A DNA stretch of 34,054 bases from assembly GCA_044374335.1 (NCBI GenBank), contig JBILOV010000001.1:1-34054 (forward strand), given 5' to 3'. The stretch comes from Bacteroidia bacterium. Its GTDB lineage: Bacteria > Bacteroidota > Bacteroidia > B-17B0 > Aurantibacillaceae. Every line of letters begins with the position of its first letter. The first letter of the stretch is position 1. This document shows positions 1 to 8,914 of this stretch, one piece after another. The notes under the pieces were generated by a model. The model was not told the DNA's origin, did no database searches, and saw only the letters and a list, made by a program, of their open reading frames with translations. The translations under genes were made by a program, and so were the position numbers.

Positions 1-632
1 TAGGAATCTCGAATGGGCGTGTTTGTCCCAATTTCAAACAATGCGCCAAACGTTAAGGCAAGATTTGATGGAAGAATGTTTTTATTAAGTATAGTGTTAG
101 ACACCTGTTTACCATTAACATATATTTTCGAATTACCATTATCAATAACACAGGTAATGTTTGTCCAAGTATTATAAAAATTATTATAAGAAATATTTGT
201 TAAATGATGTTGATTAGGGTTATCAAAAAATAAAAACTGATTATCAGAACACCCTAACGAATATTCATTGGATGATAAATCTCCTTTTGAAATAATGTAG
301 GGCGAACTGTTACTTTTATAATTAAGATAAACCCATACAGAAAACGAAAAATTATTTTTTAGTTGAAGTGTGTTATTTAAAATATCAACCGTAATATAGT
401 CGTAAATACCATTAAAACTATATGCTTTATTTGGTTTATCAAATCTGTTAGTAGTTAATTTAGCGCCATGCACTTGGCCTTCGTTGCCATTCATGCTTTC
501 ATCGTCGGCGTTACCATTAAATGGCCACCAACCAATTAACCCATTTGCAGATACAAAAGGCGGTATTGTTTGAGAAATACCAGAAGTTACAAATCTGCAA
601 CTAATCAAAAAAATAAACAACGCTTTTTTCAT
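1..632 (-). CDS. Secreted LamG/concanavalin-A-like lectin-fold protein, N-terminal part only (the gene runs off the left edge)
   Basis: Absent from the ORF track because it is open at the window edge. The ATG is at 632-630 on the minus strand. I checked every triplet and the frame has no stop down to position 3. Translation begins MKKALFIFLISCRFVTSGISQTIPPFVSANGLIGWWPFNGNADDESMNGNEGQVHGAKLTTNRFDKPNKAYSFNG. The WPFNGNxxDxS and NRFxxxxxAxxFNG patterns are the usual opening of Laminin_G_3-type domains. The N-terminus is a signal peptide. Confidence 0.6.
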   Translation of the reverse strand, partial: MKKALFIFLISCRFVTSGISQTIPPFVSANGLIGWWPFNGNADDESMNGNEGQVHGAKLTTNRFDKPNKAYSFNGIYDYITVDILNNTLQLKNNFSFSVWVYLNYKSNSSPYIISKGDLSSNEYSLGCSDNQFLFFDNPNQHHLTNISYNNFYNTWTNITCVIDNGNSKIYVNGKQVSNTILNKNILPSNLALTFGALFEIGTNTPIRDS

Positions 633-647
633 CTAACTAAACTACAA

Positions 648-655
648 CAAAAATA
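648..655 (-). promoter_or_regulatory. Candidate Bacteroidetes -7 box (TATTTTTG) for the LamG-like gene
   Basis: The minus strand reads TATTTTTG, which fits TAnnTTTG, 16 nt upstream of the ATG at 632. There is no properly spaced -33 TTG. Confidence 0.3.
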
Positions 656-831
656 AATTATTGTCAAGACTTAATATTATAAAAACAAAGGTGTTGTTTT
701 TTATAAATGTCGCTGGCTCAGATTTCTAATCTGTCTACTGGGATAAGTTATCAATTTTTTAATAAAAATAACAACATCTACTAAATACATTAACATACTT
801 TTTAAGTCGCATAATGAGTAACTAAAAAATA

Positions 832-3669
832 TTAATGTGCCTCTAACCAATTAGCTCCTACTCCCATTCCAACCTCAACTGGTACATTTAAAGGCAGTGC
901 ATGTTTCATATGTTTTTCAATAATTGGTCTAATTAAATCCAATTCAGGTTTGTAAACATCAAACACTAATTCATCATGCACTTGTAAAATCATTTTCGAT
1001 TTAATATTCATTTGTTTTAATTCGTTATGAATATTAATCATAGCAACTTTAATCATATCAGCAGCAGAGCCTTGTATTGGCGCATTAATGGCATTTCGTT
1101 CTGCAAACGACCTTACAGTTGCATTATTTGAGTTGATGTCTTTTAGCCAACGTTTACGTCCCATTAATGTTTGCACATAACCATACTCTTTGGCAAAATT
1201 AATTTCATTATCCATATAGGTTTTAATAGAACCGTACTGCGCAAAATAATTGTCAATTAATTGTTTTGCTTCGGCACGAGGAATATTTAAATTTTCGGCT
1301 AAGCCAAATGCACCTTGTCCGTATATAATTCCAAAGTTTACACTCTTAGCTTTATAACGCATTTCTTTAGTTACTTCGCTTTCTTCAATCCCATAAACTT
1401 TTGCAGCAGTAGCCGTATGAATATCTTTACCTAAATTAAAAGCTTCACACATATTTGGATCACCACTAATGGAAGCTACCACTCGTAATTCTATTTGAGA
1501 ATAATCGGCACTTAACAAAACGTAATCTTCGTTACGTGGTATAAATGCTTTACGAATTTGCCTTCCTCTTTCAGTTCTGATAGGTATATTTTGTAAGTTA
1601 GGATTGTCACTACTTAAACGACCTGTTACTGCAACTACTTGATTGAAGTTGGTATGAATGCGGTTGGTGCTTGGGTTTACTAGGAGTGGTAACGTATCAA
1701 CATACGTTGATTTTAATTTAACTAGTTCACGATAATCTAATATTTTTGCAACAATAGGATGTTTACCTTCTAGCTTAGATAAAATATCTTCGCCAGTAGC
1801 ATACTGTCCTGTTTTTGTTTTTTTAGGTTTTTCAATAATTTTAAGATACTCAAATAAAATTTCACCTACTTGTTTTGGGGAAGAAATATTAAATTTAGTT
1901 CCTGCTAGCTCTTGTATCTCAGCATCAACTTTTGAAATGTCATCTTGTAATTGAGCGGAAAATTCATTTAATCCTGCAACATCTACATTAATTCCTTCTC
2001 TCTCCATACCCGCCAATGCTTCAATTAATGGCAACTCCACTTCATGAAATAATTGTTCGGTTCCTGATTCATTTATAAGGGGTTCAAAAGCATGTTTTAA
2101 TTTAAGAGTAATATCCGCATCTTCGGCAGCGTAATCTTTAATAATATCTAAGGGAACCGAACGCATACTTATTTGATCCTTTCCTTTTTTTCCAATTAAT
2201 TCTTCAATACTAATAGGAGAATAATCTAAATAGGTTTCTGCTAAAATATTCATACCATGACGCATTTCTGGCATAAATAAAAAATGTGCAATCATTGTAT
2301 CCCACAATTTATTTTTAATTTCTACACCATAATTTTTAAGTACTTGCATATCGTACTTAATATTTTGTCCGATTAAGGTTTTAGAAGTATCGGCAAATAA
2401 AGGTTTAAATAAATCAATCAACGCTTGTGCCTCGTCTCTGTTTGCCGACACGGGTAAATAATACGCTTCATTAGCTTTTACAGCAAAAGAAAAACCTACA
2501 ACTTCAGCTTCAATTGTATCTAAGGAAGTTGTTTCTGAATCAAAACAAAACTCAATGTTTGAATTTAAAATGGAAATTAAATTGGCGATAGATTCTGTTG
2601 TATTACACAACATATAATTTGGATTGATGTCTTTAATGGTTTTAAACACTTTAGCAGCTTCCGCAACCGCTTCTATATTTTCTTCACTGAACATATCAAC
2701 TGTAGTAAATAAATCAGTTTTTGGTTTCGCAGTTTCTTTTGTTTTATTAGAATTATTAAATACTTCTTTTCCTCCACCAATATCTTCGCCTAATACTTTT
2801 TGAGCAATACCTCTAAATTCTAATTCAGAAAACAATTCGCGTAAAGCATCTTTATTAATAGGTTTAAGCGTTAATTCCTCTTCATTAAATTCAACTGGTA
2901 CATCTAAAATAATTGTTGCCAACCATTTTGACTGTAATGCTTTTTCTTTATTGTTTTCTACTTTTTCTTTTAATTTGCCTTTAAGTTTATCTGTATTCTC
3001 TAATAAATTTTCAATAGTTCCAAAATCCTTTACTAATTGAATAGCAGTCTTCTCCCCTACTCCTGGAATTCCCGGAATATTATCAACCTTATCGCCCATC
3101 AATCCTAAAATATCAATTAACTGCCCAACATGTTTAATCTCCCATTTTTTACAAATTTCTTCAACACCTAATATTTCAGCGCCATTGCCCATGCGAGCAG
3201 GTTTATAAATAAACGTATTTGCATCAACTAACTGACCATAATCTTTATCAGGCGTCATCATATAAGTTGTAAAGCCTTTTTGTTCTGCAACTTTTGCTAA
3301 AGTTCCAATGGCATCATCTGCTTCAAAACCTGGAGTTTTAATAATCGAAATATTAAAGCCTTCAATCAATTGAATAATATAAGGTAAACAGGCACGCAAA
3401 TCTTCTGGCATTTCTTCGCGTTGTGCTTTATACTCAACAAATTCAGTATGTCTAACTGTTAGCTCGGGAGTGTCATAAACAACAGCTATGTGAGTGGGTT
3501 TTTCTTTATTTAAAATTTCTAATAACGTATTAGTAAACCCAAATATGGCAGATGTATTTAATCCTTTTGAACTAATACGAGGATTTGTGCTAAATGCAAA
3601 AAAAGCTCTGTAAATTAATGCATAAGCATCTAGTAGAAATAATTTTTTGGGAGTATCTTTTGTTATCAT
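832..3669 (-). CDS. polA: DNA polymerase I
   Basis: 945-aa ORF. It has a 5'-3' exonuclease N-terminus (LLDAYALIYRAFFA, GIPGVGEKTA), a central 3'-5' exonuclease-like region, and family A polymerase motifs (SADYSQIELRV, QVHDELVFD). Confidence 0.97.
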   Translation of the reverse strand: MITKDTPKKLFLLDAYALIYRAFFAFSTNPRISSKGLNTSAIFGFTNTLLEILNKEKPTHIAVVYDTPELTVRHTEFVEYKAQREEMPEDLRACLPYIIQLIEGFNISIIKTPGFEADDAIGTLAKVAEQKGFTTYMMTPDKDYGQLVDANTFIYKPARMGNGAEILGVEEICKKWEIKHVGQLIDILGLMGDKVDNIPGIPGVGEKTAIQLVKDFGTIENLLENTDKLKGKLKEKVENNKEKALQSKWLATIILDVPVEFNEEELTLKPINKDALRELFSELEFRGIAQKVLGEDIGGGKEVFNNSNKTKETAKPKTDLFTTVDMFSEENIEAVAEAAKVFKTIKDINPNYMLCNTTESIANLISILNSNIEFCFDSETTSLDTIEAEVVGFSFAVKANEAYYLPVSANRDEAQALIDLFKPLFADTSKTLIGQNIKYDMQVLKNYGVEIKNKLWDTMIAHFLFMPEMRHGMNILAETYLDYSPISIEELIGKKGKDQISMRSVPLDIIKDYAAEDADITLKLKHAFEPLINESGTEQLFHEVELPLIEALAGMEREGINVDVAGLNEFSAQLQDDISKVDAEIQELAGTKFNISSPKQVGEILFEYLKIIEKPKKTKTGQYATGEDILSKLEGKHPIVAKILDYRELVKLKSTYVDTLPLLVNPSTNRIHTNFNQVVAVTGRLSSDNPNLQNIPIRTERGRQIRKAFIPRNEDYVLLSADYSQIELRVVASISGDPNMCEAFNLGKDIHTATAAKVYGIEESEVTKEMRYKAKSVNFGIIYGQGAFGLAENLNIPRAEAKQLIDNYFAQYGSIKTYMDNEINFAKEYGYVQTLMGRKRWLKDINSNNATVRSFAERNAINAPIQGSAADMIKVAMINIHNELKQMNIKSKMILQVHDELVFDVYKPELDLIRPIIEKHMKHALPLNVPVEVGMGVGANWLEAH

Positions 3670-3672
3670 AAA

Positions 3673-4245
3673 TTAATTACTTGCGGCAGGTTGATTAAAT
3701 TCATTAAAATACGATTCTAGTGTTTCTGCATTAAATGGAATTTCTTTTTGTTCAGCAATTTTTTGGCTGAGTGCTTTATTTGACTTAAAAATATCTTTTA
3801 ATTGCTTTTTGATGCCTTTTGGTACAATCACTTTAAACTGTCCACTATTATTATCTTCCATCATGCAAAATTCTTCCAATTCAGATGAAACTCCTTCATT
3901 CATTTCATCAAAAACAATTTGAAATAAAGAAGTTTTACCCTTACTTAATACTTTAAAAAAACAGGATTTATCATTATGATAAGCACTGATATAGTAATAA
4001 TTATTATGACCGTAACCATTAATTTTATCTGGTGTGTATAATCTTGTTTTGTTAGCTTTATCCTTAAAGCTAATTTTTTGATACAGTTCACTTTTCTTAT
4101 TTTTTGGAATTTTTATAGCTCCTCGAACTGTATCACCTTTTAGCAATACGATGTATGCCTCTTCAAATATATCGGGATTTTTTTTTGGTTGCGAAAAAAT
4201 TAATATTGAATTTAATAGGAGTAAAGCGCAAAGTAGGTGTTTCAT
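3673..4245 (-). CDS. Exported hypothetical protein
   Basis: 190-aa ORF ending 3 nt before the polA ATG. The signal peptide is MKHLLCALLLLNSILIFS followed by QPKK. I recognise no family. Confidence 0.65.
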   Translation of the reverse strand: MKHLLCALLLLNSILIFSQPKKNPDIFEEAYIVLLKGDTVRGAIKIPKNKKSELYQKISFKDKANKTRLYTPDKINGYGHNNYYYISAYHNDKSCFFKVLSKGKTSLFQIVFDEMNEGVSSELEEFCMMEDNNSGQFKVIVPKGIKKQLKDIFKSNKALSQKIAEQKEIPFNAETLESYFNEFNQPAASN

Positions 4246-4272
4246 TAATAAAGTAAATGTAATTTTAGTAAG

Positions 4273-5112
4273 TTAAAGGGGGAATTTTATTTCGTAAATA
4301 GTGGGCCATAGTTTACCTGTTACCAAAACCTTATCCGAGATAGAATCATAGGCAATACCATTAGTTTCTAATGAATTTGGATTTCTTGTTTTGCTTTCAT
4401 ATAACAAATTACTTAAATCCATTTTACCAACTACATCACCAGTATTTGGATCTATTTTTACAATATAATTTGTTGTCCAAATATTAGCATAAATGTAACC
4501 CTTAATAAATTCCAATTCATTTAAGTGTTCAACAACATACCCATTTTCAGCAACATCTAACGTTTTTGTTACATTAAAACTAACGGGATCTAAGTAGGTT
4601 AGATAACTTGTACCATCACTCATGATTAAACTTTTTCCATCAGTGGTTAATCCCCAACCTTCGCGGTTAGCGTATGTAAATTGACCACTATTTTTAAAGG
4701 TTTTTCCGTCATAAATAAATCCAGTTTGATTTTTGTAAGTTAACTGAAAAACTTTTCCATTTAAAAAAACAATTCCTTCGCCAAAATAAATCGATTTATC
4801 AATTTCTGCTTTTACATCAATTTTACCAGTTTTTAAATCGACAATTCCAAATAATGATTTTGCTTGTGGTAAATTATCTGGAGCACCTGTACTTTCAAAT
4901 AATTTATTATCATGAAATAAAAAACCTTCAGTAAATGAATTTACATCATGTGGATATTGATTTTGAACCGTAAATTTAATTTCAGGGATTTTTGGTGGTT
5001 CAGGAATAACGGGTTGTTCAACTATTTTTTCTTTTGTTTTGTCAGATTCGCACGCAAAAATAATTGTTAAAGAAATAACCAGGAAAATAAAATATTTTAA
5101 TTTATTGCTCAT
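4273..5112 (-). CDS. Glutaminyl-peptide cyclotransferase, beta-propeller (plant/bacterial) type, lipoprotein-anchored
   Basis: 279 aa with a lipoprotein-like N-terminus (LTIIFAC). It then shows YPHDxxSFTEGFLF, ESTG, FGEGI, REGWGLTTDG and HLNELEF, the motif series of Glu_cyclase_2-type glutamine cyclotransferases. Confidence 0.85.
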   Translation of the reverse strand: MSNKLKYFIFLVISLTIIFACESDKTKEKIVEQPVIPEPPKIPEIKFTVQNQYPHDVNSFTEGFLFHDNKLFESTGAPDNLPQAKSLFGIVDLKTGKIDVKAEIDKSIYFGEGIVFLNGKVFQLTYKNQTGFIYDGKTFKNSGQFTYANREGWGLTTDGKSLIMSDGTSYLTYLDPVSFNVTKTLDVAENGYVVEHLNELEFIKGYIYANIWTTNYIVKIDPNTGDVVGKMDLSNLLYESKTRNPNSLETNGIAYDSISDKVLVTGKLWPTIYEIKFPL

Positions 5113-5125
5113 ATAATTTTAAAAT

Positions 5126-6589
5126 TTAGATACTCCAAGTAGTTCCCTCTTTACTATCTTTTACTTGAATATTAGCTGCCGTTAATTTATTTCTTATTTC
5201 ATCTGAAGTTGCAAAATCTTTATTTGCTTTTGCTTTATCTCTCAAATCTAAAACTAATTGCATTACTCCTTCTAATGCAGTATTTGCTTTACCGGTTTCT
5301 TCTTCTTTTTTTAAACCCATTACATCAAACACAAAATGCTGATATATTTTATTTAATAAATCTAAATCATCTTGAGTTAAACTTGCCTTTTTATCGTTTA
5401 CAGAGTTAATAATTCTTATAGCGTCAAACAAATTAGCAATTAATACAGATGTATTAAAATCATCATTCATTGCATTATAACATTCTCTTTCTAATGAAAT
5501 AATATCTTCAGATGAAGTTGAGGAGGCTTTTAAAGTTTGAAGCGTTTTATAACTATCCATTAAACGATTATATGCTTTCTCTGCGGCAGCTAATGCATCA
5601 TTACTAAAGTCTAAGGTGCTTCGGTAATGAGTTTGCATCATAAAAAATCTCACGGCCATCGGACTAAAGCCCTTAGTTAATAATGGATGATTACCAGTAA
5701 ATAATTCCATAGGCAAAAAACTGTTCCCTAAAGATTTACTCATTTTTTGTCCGTTAACGGTTAGCATATTTGTATGCAACCAATAATTTGCAGGACTTTT
5801 TCCGCAATAAGCTATGTTTTGTGCAATTTCATTTGTGTGATGGGTTGCTTGTAAATCCATGCCACCGCCATGTATATCAAATTGCTCACCTAAATATTTT
5901 GTACTCATTGCCGAGCATTCGATATGCCAACCCGGAAATCCAACACCCCAAGGGCTAGGCCATTTCATTAAATGTTCAGGTTTAGCTTTTATCCATAGTG
6001 CAAAATCCAACCGACCTTTTTTATCTTCTTGCCCATCTAAATCACGCGTATTTTCTAATAACTCTTCTAGCTTGCGATTAGTAAGTACTGTATAGTTATT
6101 AGTTTTTGAAAATTTCTCTACATCAAAATAAACGGTACCATTATGTTCGTAGGCTAAACCATTTTTAATAATCTGCTTTGCTATTTCTTGCTGCTCAATA
6201 ATATGACCAGTTGCAGTAGGCTCAATACTTGGAGGAAGTGTATTAAATAGCGCCATAATGTCTCTAAAACCAACCGTATATTTTTGTACAATCTCCATTG
6301 GTTCTAATTGAGCTAATTTTGCTTTTTTAGAAATTTTATCTTCACCAACATCGGCATCGTTTTCTAAATGTCCGGCATCGGTAATATTTCTCACATAACG
6401 AACTTTATACCCTAAATGCAAAAGATAACGATATATGATATCAAACGACATAAACGTTCTGCAATTCCCTAGATGCACATCGCTATAAACCGTTGGTCCA
6501 CAAACATACATGCCCAAAAAAGGAGCGTTAATGGCCTTAAATTCTTCTTTTGTTCTTGTAAGCGTATTATAAATAAATAATTTTTCCAT
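5126..6589 (-). CDS. cysS: Cysteine--tRNA ligase
   Basis: 487 aa. It carries CGPTVY, an HLGN (HIGH-type) motif, PGWHIEC and KMSKS. Confidence 0.97.
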   Translation of the reverse strand: MEKLFIYNTLTRTKEEFKAINAPFLGMYVCGPTVYSDVHLGNCRTFMSFDIIYRYLLHLGYKVRYVRNITDAGHLENDADVGEDKISKKAKLAQLEPMEIVQKYTVGFRDIMALFNTLPPSIEPTATGHIIEQQEIAKQIIKNGLAYEHNGTVYFDVEKFSKTNNYTVLTNRKLEELLENTRDLDGQEDKKGRLDFALWIKAKPEHLMKWPSPWGVGFPGWHIECSAMSTKYLGEQFDIHGGGMDLQATHHTNEIAQNIAYCGKSPANYWLHTNMLTVNGQKMSKSLGNSFLPMELFTGNHPLLTKGFSPMAVRFFMMQTHYRSTLDFSNDALAAAEKAYNRLMDSYKTLQTLKASSTSSEDIISLERECYNAMNDDFNTSVLIANLFDAIRIINSVNDKKASLTQDDLDLLNKIYQHFVFDVMGLKKEEETGKANTALEGVMQLVLDLRDKAKANKDFATSDEIRNKLTAANIQVKDSKEGTTWSI

Positions 6590-6615
6590 ATCGAATATCA
6601 GCTTATAAATTTAGC

Positions 6616-6648
6616 AAAAAAAAAGACGGTAATGCACCGTCTTTTTTT
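6616..6648 (-). terminator. Rho-independent terminator, structurally bidirectional, after the MORN-repeat gene
   Basis: The sequence is AAAAAAAAAGACGGT-AATGC-ACCGTCTTTTTTT. The stem is GACGGT/ACCGTC, flanked by an A-run and a T-run. On the minus strand the hairpin is followed by a long U-tract. Confidence 0.85.
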
Positions 6649-6664
6649 GTTTTAAATTTTTTTA

Positions 6665-7561
6665 TTAATTTTCTATTGGAGTATCACCAACGTATATGCC
6701 ATTTTTATACATTAAAATTCTTTGTAAAATCCCATTTTCATCATAAACATAAGCCTTACCATCCATTAAACGATTATCTTTAAACATGCCGTCTTTAGTT
6801 ATTAACTTCAGCTTATTGTAAGTTATATACTGACCATTTAAAATCATTGGACCTTTTGAAGTAATTCCGTTTGGCTTTTCATCTGGTTTTAAAACAATTT
6901 TTGGTACGTTATCTAAAGCAGCTTCTTTAGTTTTTACTATTGGTTTTTTTGGCTCAAATTCCTTAATAGAGGAAATATCAACAGTTCCATCTTTATATAC
7001 CTTTTCAGCCTTTAAATCACCATTCTCATGATATTCTTTTATTATTCCAGTTTCTTTTCCGTTAATAAAAGTTCCTTCAATAGCTACTTGACCATTTGGG
7101 TGAAAATATTTCACAGGCCCTTCTCTTTTTCCACTTGCATTAAAATTAAATTCATGTTGCGCTTGACCATTTTCGTAATATAACTTGTAAGGACCAACCC
7201 AACGATTGTTTTTCCAAGTTCCCTCTTCTAATATTTTTCCACTTTCATGATACATAATAGCGTAACCATCAGGACGACCGTTTTGAAAGGTTAATTGGTT
7301 TTTCATATTACCATTACAATAAAACTCTAACCATTTACCTATTTTTCGATTATCAGTAAATTTACCTTCTTCAACTTTTTGTTCCGCAGCATAACAAGTT
7401 CCCGGCTTGTGTTTTCCCTTAATAATCCACTTACCCTGTTTTTTTCCTAAAAAATCAATTAAATTAATAGTATCACCATTAATTCCCTTTTCAAATGATA
7501 TAATCTGAGCATGGCTTATTTGGTAAGCCAATAATATCAGAATAATATAATTATTTTTCAT
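6665..7561 (-). CDS. Exported MORN-repeat-variant (YwqK-like) protein
   Basis: It contains repeated G-x-W/G-x-x-x-Y-x-x-G units (GKWLEFYCNGNMK, DGYAIMYHESGK, GPYKLYYENGQ, GPVKYFHPNGQ, GIIKEYHENGD). The track ORF opens at a TTG at 7573. The first ATG, at 7561, gives a clean signal peptide, MKNNYIILILLAYQISHA followed by Q. Confidence 0.8.
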   Translation of the reverse strand: MKNNYIILILLAYQISHAQIISFEKGINGDTINLIDFLGKKQGKWIIKGKHKPGTCYAAEQKVEEGKFTDNRKIGKWLEFYCNGNMKNQLTFQNGRPDGYAIMYHESGKILEEGTWKNNRWVGPYKLYYENGQAQHEFNFNASGKREGPVKYFHPNGQVAIEGTFINGKETGIIKEYHENGDLKAEKVYKDGTVDISSIKEFEPKKPIVKTKEAALDNVPKIVLKPDEKPNGITSKGPMILNGQYITYNKLKLITKDGMFKDNRLMDGKAYVYDENGILQRILMYKNGIYVGDTPIEN

Positions 7562-7709
7562 TGATAAAAGCAACTAATTAAGTACGTAATAGTGTGTTTA
7601 TTATTTAAAATTGCCTATTAAATAACGCATATCACTACAATTTGTTTCAGATTTATTTTCTAAGTTATTTAATTCAGTAGTCAGTTCCTAACTTTTTTTG
7701 AAACACTTT

Positions 7710-8651
7710 TTATGCCAAATTACTCAACATATTATCTACTAGAGATGAGAGATTATATTTTGCAGACCATTTCCAATCATTCCTCGCCTCATCTTCTATG
7801 ATACTTTGAGGCCAGCTATTTGCAATATCTTGCCTGAAATCAGTTTTATAAGTAATTGTGAAATCGGGAATATGCCTTTTAATTTCAGCAGCAATTTGCT
7901 CCGGAGTAAAACTGATGCCAGCCAAATTATAACTACCTCTAATTTTTATATTTTCAGCAGGTGCATGCATTATTTCAATCGTTGCTCTAATAGCATCTTC
8001 CATATGCATCATTGGCAAAGCAGTGTCAGCACTTAAAAAACATTCATAAGTTTTATTTTTCAACGCCTGATGAAAAATATGTACTGCATAATCCGTAGTT
8101 CCGCCACCCGGTGCAGATTTCCAGCCAATTAAACCTGGATATCTTAAGCTTCTTACATCAACGCCATATTTATTAAAATACCACTCACACCATCTTTCTC
8201 CGGCTTGTTTACTAATTCCGTATACAGTTGTTGGTTCCATAACTGTATATTGTGGCGTATTAATTCTTGGAGTTGTGGGGCCAAAAACTGCAATAGAACT
8301 AGGCCAATAAACTCTTGAAATATGTTTTTCTTTTGCTAAATCCAAAACATTAAACAAACCTTCCATGTTTAATTTCCATGCAAACATAGGGTTTTGTTCT
8401 CCAGTTGCTGAAAGTAATGCCGCTAAAAGATATACATGAGAAATCTTATGCTTTTTAATTACACCTAATAATGCATCTTTATCCAATACATCTAATTTTT
8501 CAAATGGATTAACTTCCAGAGCTTCAATTGGTTTTAAGTCTGCTGCAATGACATTGCTTGAGCCATATAATAAACTTAACTCTTGCACCAACTCAATGCC
8601 TATTTGACCACCAGCACCTATTATTAAAATTTTATCTTCTTTATTGTACAT
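7710..8651 (-). CDS. tdh: L-threonine 3-dehydrogenase, short-chain/UDP-galactose-4-epimerase-like type
   Basis: 313 aa with a Rossmann motif (IIGAGGQIG) and catalytic YGISK. By eye it closely resembles, along its full length, the NAD-dependent epimerase-fold threonine dehydrogenases described from Flavobacterium. Confidence 0.8.
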   Translation of the reverse strand: MYNKEDKILIIGAGGQIGIELVQELSLLYGSSNVIAADLKPIEALEVNPFEKLDVLDKDALLGVIKKHKISHVYLLAALLSATGEQNPMFAWKLNMEGLFNVLDLAKEKHISRVYWPSSIAVFGPTTPRINTPQYTVMEPTTVYGISKQAGERWCEWYFNKYGVDVRSLRYPGLIGWKSAPGGGTTDYAVHIFHQALKNKTYECFLSADTALPMMHMEDAIRATIEIMHAPAENIKIRGSYNLAGISFTPEQIAAEIKRHIPDFTITYKTDFRQDIANSWPQSIIEDEARNDWKWSAKYNLSSLVDNMLSNLA

Positions 8652-8663
8652 GATAAAAATCAG

Positions 8664-8692
8664 TTGTGTTTTTTACTTTTTCACTACCTTTG
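8664..8692 (+). promoter_or_regulatory. Candidate Bacteroidetes sigma-A promoter facing trhO (TTG-N18-TACCTTTG)
   Basis: TTG lies at 8664-8666, followed by an 18-nt spacer and TACCTTTG at 8685-8692 (TAnnTTTG). The box is about 220 nt upstream of the trhO ATG. Confidence 0.4.
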
Positions 8693-8700
8693 CAAACGTA
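8693..8700 (-). promoter_or_regulatory. Candidate -7 box (TACGTTTG) for tdh
   Basis: The minus strand reads TACGTTTG, 42 nt upstream of the tdh ATG at 8651. It directly abuts the plus-strand box, and together they form the near-palindrome TACCTTTGCAAACGTA. Confidence 0.4.
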
Positions 8701-8914
8701 ATTAAAAATGCGCTTAAATAAAAATGAGTTTATTTGAATTATAAATATTAATTAATTTTTATTTGAATTAAGAATCTTTTTTACTTTTAAATATAAAAAA
8801 TAGTATAACCTGCAATTATATCTATTATGAACTATTCATCATATAAACAAAAACATCTGATAATAAGGATGATGAATAAACCATGTGGCTATAAAAAAAC
8901 AATAATGTTTTCAC

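Noticed and set aside
8729-8770. A 13-nt perfect direct repeat, TTTATTTGAATTA, at 8729-8741 and 8758-8770 upstream of trhO
   Set aside because: The word is almost pure A/T and sits in an AT-rich spacer, so one such repeat is about what chance predicts. I kept it only as context for the trhO leader finding.
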